In this document: positions 1-14,076 of the stretch, piece by piece
Position numbering within the stretch: the stretch's first letter is position 1
Layout: the number at the start of each line of letters is the position of its first letter
Assembly (NCBI RefSeq): GCF_963921235.1
Contig: NC_086107.1
Location: forward strand, 106,270,001 to 106,334,000
Reading direction: 5' to 3'
DNA: 64,000 nucleotides
Source: Mobula hypostoma
Taxonomy: Eukaryota
Translations under genes and position numbers: made by a program
The notes under the pieces: generated by a model
What the model saw: only the letters and a program-made list of their open reading frames with translations
What the model was told of the DNA's origin: nothing
Databases searched by the model: none

Positions 1-394
1 TAAGTCGCCACCTCAAACTTTCTTCCCAAAGAAATGGAACCCAGGTTCACGCAACTTTAACCACAAATCAACCCTTTAGAATGTAGAACTCGGACCAGGA
101 CGAAACAGGGAAAGGCCCTTCCCCCCATGATGATGTGCCAATCTAATTTAATTGGTATTCAAATGCCTAACTAATCCACTCATATCTGCTTACGCAATGT
201 TCATATCTTCTCATTTCCTGCACATACTGTACCTAAGAGCCTCTTGAACACCTCTATGATACTGACACCCTAGGCAGCATATTCTAGGCACTAACTGCTC
301 ACAGTATAACACAACCTCCCCCACAGATCTCCTGTGAACTGGACCCCATTCACCTTCAATGCATGCTGTCTGGTTTTAGACATTTAGAACATAG

Positions 395-1203
395 TGTAGC
401 CTGAGTTATAAAGGGAAAAAATAGTATGACTTTATTCCTTAGAACATTGAAGATTGAGGGGAGATTTGATACAGGAAATCAAAATGATGAGCGGTATAGA
501 CAGGGTAAATGGAAGTAGGCTTTTTCCACTGAGGTTGGGTGGGACTACAAACAGAGGTCATGGGTTTTAAGGGTGAAAGGTGAGAAGTTTAAGGGGAACA
601 TGAGGGAAAACTTCTTCACATGTGGTTGTGAAAGTGTGGAACGAACTGCCAGCACAATTGGTGCACGCGAGCTCGATTTCGATGTTTAAGAGAAGTTTGG
701 ATAGGTACACGGATGGTAGGGGTATGGAGGGCTGTGTTGATGGGAATAGGCAGTTTAAGAGGTTTTGGCATGGACTAGATGGGCCAAAGAACCTGTTTCT
801 GTGTACTTCTCTTTGACAAAGGAACAGTCCATTTTGGCCCACAATATTGTGGATAAATAATTGAACTAGTTATTAAATGGATTAGTTATCCAAAATGAGG
901 GGCCACAGTTTGAGGATAGAGGGGAAGCCTTTTAGGACCAAGATTAGGAAAAACTTCTTCACACAGAGAGTGGTGAATCTGTGGAATTCTCTGCCACAGG
1001 AAACAGTTGAGGTCAGTTCATTGGCTATATTTAAGAGGGAGTTAGATATGGCCCTTGTGGCTACGGGGGTCAGGGGGTATGGAGGGAAGGCTGGGGCGGG
1101 GTTCTGAGTTGGATGATCAGCCATGATCATAATAAATGGCGGTGCAGGCTCGAAGGGCCGAATGGCCTACTCCTGCACCTATTTTCTATGTTTCTATGTT
1201 TCT
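395..1203 (+). mobile_element. Two 5'-truncated CR1 3' ends (about 395-810 and 885-1203)
   Basis: RGHSL...NFFTQRVVNLWNSLP motif; (TTTCTATG)n tail near 1183-1203. Confidence 0.85.
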
Positions 1204-1247
1204 AAATGCCAAACTAAACTACACCCTTCTGCCCAGTCAGAGTCCAA

Positions 1248-1795
1248 ATTCAAAGATTCAAAGATTCAAAAAACTTTATTGTCATTCTAACTGTACATCA
1301 GCTCTGCAGGGCAGAATGAGACAGCATTTCTCAGGAGCAGTGCAATCATAACATAACAAATGCAACACTAAATAATAAACATAACAATAAATAGTAAAAC
1401 ACAACAGCCACATGTCAGTTAAAATCAGTTATAAGTGTCCAGTGCAAGTTAAAAGTGTCCAAAAGCAGAGTCAGGTGGAGCAGCTATTTAGCAGTCTGAC
1501 TGCCTGTGGGAGGAAGCTGTTTAGTAGCCTTGTGGTTTTAGTTTTGATGCTCCTGTAATGTTTGCCTGATGGCAGAAGAACAAACAGTTCATGGAGAGGG
1601 TGTGAGGGGTCTTTAATGATGTACCGTGTCTTCTGGAGGCATCGACTCTGAAAGAGGTCTTGGACAGAAGGTAGGGAGACCCCAGTAACCTTCTCTGCTC
1701 CCCTAACCACCCTCTGCAAGGCTTTTTTGTCGACAGCACTGCAGCTGGAGTACCAGGTTGTGATGCAAAAGGTCAGCACACTCTCAACCACGCCT
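1248..1795 (-). mobile_element. Rex1/Babar-type LINE 3' fragment
   Basis: VESVLTFCITTWY...DPSHPLHELF..LPSG...SFLPQAVRLLN; AATAAA plus (TGAATCTT)n tail. Confidence 0.8.
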
Positions 1796-1859
1796 CCATT
1801 CTCTGCCCATCCATGCCCACCCACCCTAAAATGCCTCTATCATATTTACTTACACTATG

Positions 1860-4645
1860 GGATGGAGGGACAGATATTGTTAAGACCTCAGACAAAGCCA
1901 GGAATCAAAAGGTTGAGCATGGTGCCACTAACATCCTAAGCTGCGAGTATTTCAATGCAAGAAGTATTGTAAGAAAGCCAGATGAGCTCAGGGCATGAAT
2001 CAACATGTAGAATTATGACATTGTAGCTGTTAGTGAGACCTGGTTGCAGGAGGGGCAGGACTGGCAGCTCAATATTCTGGGGTTCTGTTGTTTTAGACGC
2101 GACAGAGTGGGAAGGATTAAAGGAGGTGGGGTGGCTTTACCGGTCAGGGAAAATGTCACAGCAATGCTCAGTCAGGATGGACTGGAGAACATTTTAGTGA
2201 GATATTATGGGGGGAATCTGAGGAATAAGAAAGGAATGGGGCTATATTACAGACCACCCAACAATCCGCCAAATTCAGAGGAACAAATTTGTTAAGAGTT
2301 CACAGACTGTTGCAAGAAACATAAAGTTGTTATAGTAGGTGATCTTAACTTTCCACATATTGACCAGGACTCCCATACTGTAAAAGGACTAGATGGGATA
2401 AGAGCTTGTCAAATGCGCTCAGGAAAGTTTCCTTAATCAGTATATAGAAGTCCCAACAGGAGAATGTGTGATACTTGATCTGCAATTAGGGAATAAGACA
2501 GGGCAGGTGACAGAAGTTTGTGTAGGAGATCACTTTGCATCTAGTGATCACAACACCATTAGTTTCAAAGTAAATATGCAAAAAGATGGGTCTGGTGTGT
2601 GTGTTGAGATTCTAAATTGGAAAAAGGCCAATTTTGATGGTATCAGAAAGGATCTGGCAAGCGTAGATTGGGACGAGCGCTTTTTGGCAAAGATGTACTT
2701 GGTAAGTAGGAGACCTTCAAAAGTGAAATACTTGAGAGTACAAAGTTTGTATGTACCTGTCAGAATAAAAGGTAAGGATAGCAGGTTTAGGAAACCTTGA
2801 TTTTCAAGAGATATTGAGGCCCAGATTAGGCATGTAGGAACAAATGAGAACATTTAAGAAAGAAATCAGGAAGGCTAAAAGAAGGCGCGAGGAGAATCTT
2901 GAGGGATTCTAAAGATATGTTAAAAGCAAAAGGATCGCAAAGGACAAAATTAATCCTCAGCAAGATCTGAATGGCAATCTATGTGTGGAGCCAAAAGAGA
3001 TGAGAGAGATCTAGGTGTTTTGCATCTGTATTTACTCATGAGACAGACAGAGGGTCTACAAAAGTGAAGAGAAAACAGCATCAACTTCATGGACCCAATA
3101 CAGGTTATGAAGGAGGAGGTGTTTTTCTGTCTAGAGGCAAATCAGAATGGGTAAATCCCCAGAGCTTGACAAGGTGTTCCCTTGGACCCTGTGGGAGGCA
3201 AGTGCAGAAATGGGAGTGGCCCCAGCAGAGATATTTAAATCATGCTTAGCGACAGGTGAGATACCAGAGGATTGGAAGATAGCTAATGTTGTTCTACTGT
3301 TTAAGAAAGGCTCTAAAAGTAAACCAGGAAATTATAGGCCAGTGACATCAGTAGTGGGAAAGTTTTTGGAAAATATTCTAAGGGACTGGATATATGAGTA
3401 TCTGGATAGGCATGCACTGAGTAGGGATAGTCAGCATGGCTTTGTGCATGATAGATCATGTCTATCCTATCTCATAGAGTTTTTCGAGGAAGTTATTAGG
3501 AAAGTTGATGAAGGCAAGACAGTGGATGTTGTCTACATGGATGTTAGCAAGACATTTGACAAGGTTCGACATGGGAGGTTGGTCAAGAAGTTACTGTCGC
3601 TCGGCATTCCAGATGGGGTAGTAAATTGGATTAGACATTGGGTTTGTGGGAGAAACCAGAGAATGGTGGTAAATGGTTGTGTCTCTGACTGGAGGCCTGT
3701 GACTAGTGGAGTACCACAAGGATCCATTGTTATTTGTCATCTGTATCAATGATCTGGATGATAATGTGGTTAGCTGGATCAGCAAATTTGTGGTAACACC
3801 AAGACTGGGGATGTAGTGGACAGCAAGGAAGACTGAGATCTGGGCCAGCTGGAAAAATGGCAGAAAGAATTTAATGCAGACAAGTGTGAAGTGTTGCACT
3901 TCAGTAGGTCCAACCAGGATACGTCTTACACAGTGAGCGATAGGGCACTGAAAGTGTGCTAGAATAAAGGGATCTGGGAATACAGATTCATAAATTCATT
4001 GCAAGTGGCAGCCCAGGTAGATAGGGTTGTAAAGAAAGCTTTTGGCACATTGGCCCTTATAAATAAAAGTATTAAATACAAGGGTTGGGATATTTTGTTG
4101 AAGTTGTATAAGACGTTGGTGAGGCCTAATTTGGAGTATTGTGTGCAGTTTTGGTCACCTACCTACAGGGAAAATGTAAATAAGGTTGAAAGAGTACAGA
4201 GAAAATTTACAAGGGACTGGACGACCTGAGTTTTAAAGAAAGATTGAATAGGTTAGGACTTTATTCCTTAGAACGTAGAAGATTGAGGGGAAATTTAGAG
4301 GAGGTGTACAAAATTATGAAGGATATAGAGAGGGTGAATGCAAGCAGGCTTTTTCCACTGAGGTTGGGTGAGACTACAACTAGTGGTCATGGGTTAAGGG
4401 TGTAAAGAGAAAAGTTTAAGGGAAACATGAGGGAAACCTCTTCATTCAGAGGGCTGCGACAATGTGGGACAAGCTGCCAGAGCAAGTGGTGCATGCAAGC
4501 TCAATCTCAACTTTAAGAGAAGTTTGGAAGGTAGGGGTATGGATGACTATGGTCCCAGTGCAGGTTGATGGGAGTAGGCGGGTTAAATACTTTGGCACAG
4601 TCTAGATGGGCTGAAGGGCCTGTTTCTGTGTTGTATTTTTCCATG
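1860..4645 (+). mobile_element. Degenerate CR1-clade (HER1-like) LINE, most of ORF2 plus 3' end
   Basis: APE motifs (YFNARSI, GGGVAL, YYRPP, SDH) and RT motifs (PEDWKIANV, GNYRPV, QHGF, SGVPQGS, LYKTLVRPNLEYCVQFWSP), with many stops and frameshifts. Confidence 0.92.
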
Positions 4646-4649
4646 ACTG

Positions 4650-5095
4650 TTCAACCCCTGGCAGTGCTTCAACCTTGTCTACCCTATCTATGCCTCTCAT
4701 AATCTTATAAACCTCTATCACATCTCCCCTCAGTCTCTGATGCTCCAGAGAAAATGACCAAAATTTGTCCAACCTCTCCTCGTTGCACATGCCCTGTAAA
4801 CCAGGCAGCATCCTGGTGAACCTCTTCTGCACCCCTTCCAAAGCCTCCCCATCCTTCCTATGATGAGGAGACCAAAACTGAACCGAATATCTCCAGATGC
4901 AGCTTAACATCCCAAATCTTGAACTCAATTCCTGGACCAATAAAGACAAGCATGCATATATGCCTTCTCCACCACCCTATCAATCCATGCAGCCATTTAC
5001 ATGGAGATGTGGATGTGGACCCTAAGATCCCTCCACACATCAACAGTTTTAAGGGTCTTGCCAGTAACTGTGTGCTACCTCTTTACAGTTGATCT
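4650..5095 (-). mobile_element. CR1 LINE fragment
   Basis: VQFWSPHHRKD..LEGVQKRFTRMLPGL motif. Confidence 0.8.
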
Positions 5096-5103
5096 CCCAT
5101 GGT

Positions 5104-5415
5104 GTTTATAGACATCCATTAGTCTCATGAGACCATGGATTTGCGCCTTGGAAGGTTTCCAGGGCGCAGGCCTGGGCAAGGTTGTATGGAAGACCAGCAG
5201 TTGCCCATGCTGCAAATCTCCCCTCTCCACGCCACCGATGTTGTCCAAGGGAAGGGCATTAGGACCCAAACAGCTTGGCACCGGTGTCATCATAGAGCAA
5301 TATGTGGTTAAGTACCTTGCTGAAGGGCACAACACGTTGCCTCAGCCAAGTCTCGAACTAGCGATCTTCAAGTCACTAGACGAACGCCTTAACCACTTGG
5401 CCACGCGCCATGCAC
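5104..5415 (-). mobile_element. tRNA-derived SINE with CORE-like segment and 8-bp TSD
   Basis: A box TGGCCAAGTGG and B box-like AGTTCGAGAC; GTGCCCTTCAGCAAGGTACTTAACC is CORE-like; flanked by CCCATGGT at 5096 and 5416. Confidence 0.7.
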
Positions 5416-5619
5416 CCATGGTATAACACTTCACATAAACTCCATCTACTATTTCTCTACCACATCTGCGATGGGCTGAATGGCCAAATCCTGCTCCCAT
5501 GTGTTATGGTCTATATTCCACTGTGCCAGTCTTCTGTGCTCTCCACAATTCAACCAATCTTCGTCTCATCTGCGAATTTACTAACCCACCCATCTACGTT
5601 CTCAGCCAGGTCATTTGTA

Positions 5620-5890
5620 TGGTGCCACAGCAGCGTAGCAGTTAGCGTGATGCTATCACAGCTCAGATTTTCAAATTTAATTCCGATGCTGCCCGTAAGG
5701 GGTTCGCACGTTCCTCCCCGTGAACGCGTGGGTTTCCTCCGTGTGCTCCGATTTCCTCCCGCATTCTAAAGGTGTACCAGTTAGTTGGCTAATTAGCCGT
5801 TGTGAATTGTGCTGTGGTCAGGCCGGGGTTAAATCGGTGGGTCGCTGGGTGGCATGGCATGTTGGGCCAGAGGGGCCTGCTCTACACTCT
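5620..5890 (+). mobile_element. V-SINE (HE1-like); other copies near 15730+, 21560-, 24720-, 36255-, 40720+, 41520-, 46762+, 48175+, 49225-, 53725-, 59885+
   Basis: tRNA-like head followed by the V-domain GGGTTTCCTCCGGGTGCTCC(A/G)GTTTCCTCCCAC, recurring through the window. Confidence 0.75.
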
Positions 5891-6829
5891 ATCTCTGAAT
5901 CCGGTACTGTACAAAAGTCTTAAGTGCCCTCAACTTTTTTTTTTGTGTGTTTTCAGATGGTATGATCTTCACAGAGCCCAGATCTCAACATCACTGAGGC
6001 TTTCTGGGGTCACCTGGAGAGATAGACGCAAGCAAGACAGCCAAGGTCTACAGAAGGACTCTGGCAAGATTTTGAAGATGCTTGGAACAACCTACCAGAT
6101 GATTTTCTTTTTTAAAAAACTGCACAGCAGTGTACCTAAGAGAATTCATGGTTTTAAAGGCAAAGAGTGGTCACACCAAATATTGATTTGATTTTTTTTA
6201 CTGTTTACTGTTTTTTATAGTCTTTTTTTTTGCAATTTACAAACTTCTCATTTCATTACTTTTGAAGGCATCTTCACTTTACAGAATTTTTTTTATATGT
6301 GTGTCAAGACTTTTGCATGGTGTAGTGGCAACAGCACTGGACTTCAAGTTGAATGGTTCCAAGTTCGAATCCGGCCGGCTCCCCGCACGTTTTCCATCCA
6401 TGCTGGGTTGATTGTTGAGCTAACAACCTAACCTCGTTAAAAAAGAAAGGACAAATGCTATGGAAATGGTAAAAATGTTGCCCGATGTGCCAGAAGGAAC
6501 AACAGCAACAAGGCTTTTGCATAGTAGGGTAAATAAATAAAATCACAGACAGCAGAGAGGCCCCAGTACAGATCCCCGCGGAACAGTCACAGACCTCCTG
6601 CCTTTAAACTCTAGTAGTCTTTTGGTTAACCCGCATGCATTTGAAAGACCAACAACTCCCGCACGCTATTGCCCCAAGGCACCCTCCAGCCTAAATATAG
6701 TTTTCTCTCATTAGTATTCCAGTAAGATTGAGATGAAAGGCCATTAGTTTGTCTTTGCTCTGTGTCAGTGCAGCCAGGTTGTTAAAGTAACATCCCACTG
6801 CAGTGTGTGATCCCCCTACTTAGAAGTCC

Positions 6830-7500
6830 ATAAGACCATAAGATGTAGGAGCAGAATTAGGCCATTCGGCCCATCGAGTCTGCCCTGTCATTTCATCATG
6901 GCTGACCCGTTCTCCCTCTCAGCCCCAATCTCCTGCCTTCTCCCCGTATCTCTTCATGCGCTGACCAATCAACTTCTGCCTTAAATATCTACTTCCACAG
7001 ATTTCCACAGATCCACCACTCCCTGGCTAAAGAAATTCCTCCTCATCTCCGTTCTAAAAGGATAACTCTCTATTCTGAGGCCTGTGTCCTCTGGTCCTAG
7101 ACTCTCTCACCACATCCTCTCCACAGCCACTCTATCAAGGCCTTTTAACATACGATAGGTTTCAATGAGGTCAACCCTCATTCTTCTGAGTTCCCGTGAG
7201 TAGAGGTCCAGAGCTGTCAAAATGCCTTTCATAAGACAACCCATTCAATCCTGGAATGGAATAACTTTCGTGAAGCTCCTTTGAGTCCTCTGCAGTGTCA
7301 GCACATCCTTTCTAAGATAAGGGGCCCAAAACTGCTTGCAATACTCCAGGCGAGGCCTCACCAGTGCTTTATAAAGCCTCAGCATTCCACCCTTGCTTTC
7401 AGATTCCAGTCCTCTCGAAATGAATGCTAACATCGCATTTGCCTTCCTCACCACAGACTCAACCTGCAAAGTCACCTTTAGAGAATCCTGCACAAAGACA
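6830..7500 (-). mobile_element. CR1 LINE 3' fragment
   Basis: KANAMLAFISRG...LYKALVRPRLEYC.QFWAPYLRKD; CR1-type 3' tail. Confidence 0.85.
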
Positions 7501-9846
7501 CACAGTCCTGGGAGTGTGTGATTCCCCCCGACATGTTTACACGGGCAGTTCCCAATACAGGTTTGAATATGGACAGAGCAACTCATAAGGAAGAACTCAG
7601 ACTTTCAGATATGTTCATTGTACAGTCAAAAGTCTTCAGAATGAATTTCTTGGGAGAAAGTAATTTTAAGGACTACATTCAGAATAAAGTTCTGTAACAG
7701 TCTTTGTCTGTGGTGTTTTTACATACATGTTAAGTATATACATCTACAAAACATTGTGTGAAAGACTGTGATGACCTCCAGCAATTTGTAACCCGTTCCA
7801 GGAATCCACCTTCCCCCTCGTCCGGCTTCACCTATCATCTGCTGGCATGTATTCCTTCCCCTCCTCCCACTTTCTTATCCTGGCTTCTTCCCCCTTCCTT
7901 TCAGTCTTGATGAAGGGTCTCGGCCCAAAACTCTGACTGCTTATTCCTCTCCATAGACGCTACCTGACGCTGTATCCAGTATTCATTCAGTATTCTTTGT
8001 TTGCTGTAAGCATGGAGGAAGATAAGAGCCGTGTTCAAAAGGGAATTAAATGGGCATTTGAGTGGAATTAATTTGCAGGGCTACTCGGGGTTGGGGAGGG
8101 AAGAAAGAGAATAATTTAGTAGCTGGCACGGTTTAAATGGGCCAAATAGCCTCCTCTGTGCTATTACGGTTCTATGATTCTGCTTTGTTTTTTAACAGTC
8201 TTCTTCAACATACAAATGCCCTGCATTATGTCTGTTACTGGTTGAGAGATTGCCACATGTATCAGTTGTATTCTCTATAATTATTGCGCTCTCTAGTGAA
8301 ACAAGACCCAATGACCTTCCCTTTTGTGGTTCACTTTTCAGTTAAGTGCCTCTCCACTTGATCCCATCCCTCTCCATTTCTTTCCTATAACCTCCATCAT
8401 GGCCCGATGTGGCATCGCCCTGTGAGCTGACGGCCCCCATTCTGCTGGTGTTGGAGAAGGAACTGTCATGCCTGCTGATCAGCACCATGGGCCTGGGTGA
8501 CTCGCCTACTGGGTCTGCGAAGTTCCAGAGCAACTTGACTCATCTACTGCCCGTTATGCTGGCATTTCGAGCAGCAATGAAGGTCCTCCATCTCTGGCGG
8601 GGTTCAGGGCTTCCTTCATCGTGCCAGTAGCTTCCCCTCGGTTTTCATGACTGCCAGTCACACAAGTCCTGAGTGCAGAGTCAGAAATACCGTCGCACTC
8701 AGATGTAAAGGGATTCCTCATTGCTGCTTCCATCACAATTTTGTTTCACCAGTCCGGGTTGTTAGCCCTGAGATGAACCCCAGAACCTGAAGGACCAGTG
8801 GCCCACTCTTGGTCTGTCCTCTACCCTTTGACCTGTTTGACATGGGTGACCCTACCGAGAGCCACAGCATAAAGCCCTGACTCCAGCCACATCGCTCTCT
8901 GGGTCACTGAGGCACGCGAGTCTCCAAACTTTACGACAAGGCGGTGGTCCTCCTGGAAGAAAACAACTCAACCCCAACACTTTATCTCATCCTCGTCAGG
9001 CAGACCAACAAGATCCCACCATCGCAAATGTTTGGGGAGTTTCAGCCAGACATTTACATAAGGGAACTTGCTGTTTTAACCGCGGCATGTTAACATATCT
9101 GACATAATATATAAAATATTTTTTGTATATAATACAGGACTTAACATATATAGATATGCTCTACATAAAACCTGTACAACATTGATTTACAAATTAATGT
9201 GGAAAGACTGCGTGACAGCCTCCTGAAATTTGTGATGATCCATTCCAGGAATCCTAAATGAATGTGGGACAGGTGGCAGAGAAGGAGTGCCAGGAATGGG
9301 GAGTGGCACTGATGCTGGCACACCCAACCGTTAGATATCAGGCAAAGTCATTTGATTCAAAACAATTGGTTTATTGATCATTACAGAATGTCTCTCTGGT
9401 GCTCCCTCTCCCCCTTCCCACTCTCAGTCCACAACAGAGACCCATATCAGAATCAGGTTTATCATCACTCACATATGTCATGAATTTTTTTTGTTGCGGT
9501 AGCAGTACAGGGCAATATATAAAATTACTGCAGTACTGTGCAAAAGTCTTAGGCACCCTAGCCTTTTATATTCGCCTTAGACTTTTACCCAGTTCTGTAC
9601 ATAATAATTGATTTCTGGGAGGGCTACTGTGTTTTACCTTACATGGAGAGTGCTAGATATCCGAAATGTGCTGCCTGAGTGGTTTTGGCGGCAAATACAA
9701 TAACGGTTTTAAAAGATAGACAGTAATGTGTGGAGCATATGCCATAAGACATAAGAGGAGAATTAGACCATTTGACCTATTGAAGTCTGCCTTGCCATAT
9801 CCCAGAGAATGGAGGAATATGGACATTGTGTTGGCAGATGGGATAA

Positions 9847-10744
9847 TACTGGTCAACAACTTTTTTCAAAAGAGTTTTTTTTGTTTATGATAGACTTCTT
9901 GAAGCTGAACACAAATATAATTTCAGACTCACAAAACAGAGGAACTCAGCAGGCCAGGCAGCATCCATGGAAAAGAGCACAGTTGACATTTCAGGCCAAA
10001 ACGTCGACTGTACTCTCTTTCATAGATGCTGTCCGACCTGCTGATCTCCTCCAGCATTCTGAGTGTGTGTGTTGCTCAGGTTTCCAGCATCTGCAGATTT
10101 TCTCTTGTTTATAACTTCAGACTACTTGTATCACGTAAGAATTTGGAGAAGCATGAAATTAACTTCTATTGAATATAATGTGTTTAATTGCATTACAGTG
10201 CTGACGCTTTGCAATAGTTCAACTAAGCCAAAAATGTTTTGTTGATGATTTTCATTTGTACTCGATATCTGAGGCTTTGTGCTTAAGTGTCCAACAATAA
10301 TCGGCCAGCGTTGACGGATTCCAGTTGCCCTGATACCGTTTCTCCATGACCGCAATGTCCTGGTGAAACCTTTCACCATGCTCGTCACTGACAGCACCAA
10401 GATTTGTAGGGGACGAAGTCCAAATGGGAGGCAGAAAATTAATCTTTAGCGACATGGTTTTGTGTGCTTGGAGCATGTTGTCAACCAGCTGCACGTAGTT
10501 TGGTGCTCTGTAGTTGGCAAGAAAAATTTCAACAACATCCTTAAGTGCCTTCCATGCAATTTTCTCCGGTCCCACTAGAAGTTCTTTGCATTTTCTGTCA
10601 TTGATGATTGAAATAACAAATATAGGCAATTTTTTAAACTGGTAAGTGATAGGGAAATTTCATGGTAGTTTTCATGATCGGCAGCCCAAAATCCATAATA
10701 TATACCCAAAAGTATTCAGGAAGCAAAATCTTTGTTGTCCAGTG
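9847..10744 (-). mobile_element. Chapaev3-like (CMC) DNA transposon deletion derivative
   Basis: Transposase C-terminus (AWKA.KDVV..FL.NY...NLGAVSDEHGERFHQDI..MEKRYQG.WN...LADYCW); imperfect TIRs CACTGGACAACAA / TACTGGTCAACAA; interrupted by a hairpin element at 9930-10109. Confidence 0.7.
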
Positions 10745-12314
10745 CTATTTTAGTTGAGCATTTAATTACTAGTGTAATTAGATTATGAAGACACATAGTC
10801 CCCTTTTATTGTCATTTAGTAATGCATGTATTCAGAAATGATACATTATTTCCTCCGGTGTGATATCACAAAAAACACAGGACAGACCAAGACTGAAAAA
10901 ACTGACAAAACCACATAATTATAACATATAGTTACAACAGTGCAACAATACCATAACTTGATGAAGAAGTCCGTGAGCACAGTAAAGTTCAAAGTTTCTC
11001 AGATGTCCCACATCTCACGCAGACGGGAGAGGGAAGAAAAACTCTCCCTGCCATGCCGACCACAATCCGATTCTGAGTCACCCAAAAACTTCGAGCTCTG
11101 ATCAGCTCTCCGACACCGAGTACTGAGCGCCATCTCTGTCCGAACGATTTGACCTCCTTCTCTGTCGCCAAAAGCAGGCAAGGCTGGGGATTTTGAGGCC
11201 TACCCTCCGAAAGATTCCCGACCACACAGTAACGACAGCAGCGGATGGGCGTTTCAGAAATTTCTCCAGATGTTCCTCTGTGCTTTCACCACTATCTCAA
11301 TAAAATATTGTGGGTCGAAGAGCCTGGTCCTCTTTGTACTATTGAGTCCTAAGCGTGGAAACAGTCCATCCAGCCTACACTGGCCATTAAACACCCATTT
11401 ACACAAACCCTCCAGCAGCCTAGGAAGGGTGTGTGTTGATGCAAGTCCTTCCATATGACCGGAACATGGGTGTTCAGTTCAAAGTTCAAAGTGCAAAGTG
11501 TGTATACTACATACAAATATGAGACTCATCTCCTTGCAGGCAGCCACAAAGCAAAGAAACACAATAGTATTGACTAAAAAATAACACCACACCACGGACA
11601 AACATCCAATGTGCGAGAAAGAAAGAACAGGTCGTTCAAACAATTTACAGAGCATGAACCGCGGGGTCCCAGGAAGTCCACAGCCACATCACCAGTTCAG
11701 TGCCGCAGCCGGTCCAGGAGCCCAATGGCTACAGGCCTTCGGCCGCCGGCCCAGGTTCGGTGCTGAGCCGAGAGCCGGTGGCTGCAGAGTCAGTTCGATG
11801 CTGAGTAAAGTCTCACGGAGCAGTGAGCTGACCATCGGCTCGTCCATCGTCCTCAGCCTCAACACCACAGCACTGCTGATCTTCTGGACAGTCGATCCCT
11901 CGGGCTTCATCCTGGGTTTTCTTGGGGATTGGCGTGAGTGTTAGCTACTTTGCTGTATACAGTTATGTCAGCTCTTCACATCAAAGTCAAAACCGATTGT
12001 GACTAGTGGAGTCCTGCAGGGACCACGCTGCGACCTCTGCTCTTTGGGATATATAAGACCTGGATGAAAACGTGGATGGGTGGGTTGGTAAGTTTGCAAA
12101 CGATACAGAGATTGATGGTGTTGTGGACAACACAGCCGGACATAGATCCGTTGCAAACGTGGGCAAAGAAATGGCAAACGGAGTTTAACCTACCCAAATC
12201 AAAGACAAATGCACAAGTGCATGTGTGCACAGGTGAACTTCTGAACAAGTGCAAAGAAAAACTGACTTGCAGCAGCATTCATAAATATAAATTACCCGTA
12301 AATTGTGCAAATTT

Positions 12315-12670
12315 CGAGAAGATCGCAAGTGGTGACACTATTGGTTTTATCTGAGGTATCGTAATAGCCCTTTCTTTTCCTTTTCCTTTTCCTCTTCCTT
12401 AGTTTTCTTTTAGTTTAGGTAGATTAGTTTTTTTTCTAATGGGATTTTTTTTCTTTTTCTGTTTTTAATGATATTTTTGTATTTTATGTATATTTTCTAC
12501 ATATTCTATTGCTAATTTGTGAGATTTTGGGAGGTTTACCAACTATGTGTTACTTGACTATATACTTGTATAAAATAATTATCAATTAATACAACCCCAA
12601 TCGCTCTGCACTTATTTTTTGTAATGTGTATGATGTTGAAATTAACAAAAAGATTGAAAAAGAAAGAAAG
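12315..12670 (+). mobile_element. 5'-truncated L1/Tx1-like 3' end with 15-bp TSD
   Basis: T-rich body with A-rich tail, flanked by AAATTGTGCAAATTT at 12300-12314 and 12671-12685. Confidence 0.7.
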
Positions 12671-12987
12671 AAATTGTGCAAATTTTTACAAGAATGAACA
12701 CAATTCAAACAGAAAAACTCCCCCGGTTAATCTACAACCCAAAGGCATGAACAATGAATTTCTCAATTTCAGATAACGCTCCCCCTCTGTCCCTTCTCTT
12801 CCTCCTCCTGATATGCCCAGTTCCTCCTACAGCCACCCCACCCCATCACCTGCTTCCTTCACCCACACCATCTGCCCATCACACACATACACTCCTCCCT
12901 CTGGAACTCCCCACCCATCTGCTCGCCCCACCTCCCTCATTTGGTTCCATGGCCCACCTTCTTTCCCTGTCAGATTCCACCATCTGT

Positions 12988-14076
12988 CACTCTGAAGCTG
13001 ACAGCGATGCAGGTGGATGCTTTCCTGGTGTCATGGATTCTTGATTACCTGACTGGCAGACCACAGTACGTGTGCTTGCAACACTGTGTGTCCGACAGAG
13101 TGATCAGCAGCACTGGGGCTCCACAGGGGACTGTCTTGTCTCCCTTCCTCTTCACCATTTACACCTCGGACTTCAACTACTGCACAGAGTCTTGTCATCT
13201 TCAGAAGTTTTCTGATGGCTCTGCCATAGTTGGATGCATCAGCAAGGGAGATGAGGCTGAGTACAGGGCTATGGTAGGAAACTTTGTCACATGGTGTGAG
13301 CAGAATTATCTGCAGCTTGATGTGAAAAAGACTAAGGAGCTGATGGTAGACCTGAGGAGAGCTAAGGTACCAGTGACCCCTGTTTCCATCCAGGGTATCA
13401 GTGTGGACATGGTGGAGGATTACAAATACCCGGGGATACAAATTGATAATAAACTGGACTAGTCAAAGAACACTGAGGCTGTCTACAAGAAGGGTCAGAG
13501 CCATCTCTATTTCACGAGGAGACTGAGGTTCTTTAACATCTGCCGGACGATGCTGAGGAGGTTCTACGAGTCTGCGGTGGCCAGTGCTATCATGTTTGCT
13601 GTTGTGTGCTGGGGCAGCAGGCTGAGGGTAGCAGACACCAACAGAATCAACAAACTCATTCGTAAGGCCAGTGATGTTGTGGGGATGGAACTGGACTCTC
13701 TCACGGTGGTGTCTGAAAAGAGGATGCTGTCCAAGTTGCATGCTATCTTGGGCAATGTCTCCCATCCACTACATAATGTACTGGTTGGGCACAGGAGTAC
13801 ATTCAGCCAGAGACTCATTCCACCGAGATGCAGCACAGAGCGTCATAGGAAGTCATTCCTGCCTGTGGCCATCAAACTTTACAACTCCTCCCTTGGAGGG
13901 TCAGACATCCTGAGCCAATAGGCTGGTCCTGGACTTATTTCCTGGCATAATTTACATATTACTATTTAACTATTTATGGTTTTATTACTACTTAATTATT
14001 TATGGTGCAACTGTAACAAAAACCAATTTCCCCCAGGATCAATAAAGTATGACTATGACTATGACTATGACTACTA
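12988..14076 (+). mobile_element. Rex1-type LINE, RT C-terminal half plus 3' UTR, well preserved
   Basis: GAPQGTVLSPFLFTIYTSD, QKFSDG(D)SAIVG, SFLPVAIKLYN; (TATGAC)n tail. Confidence 0.88.
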
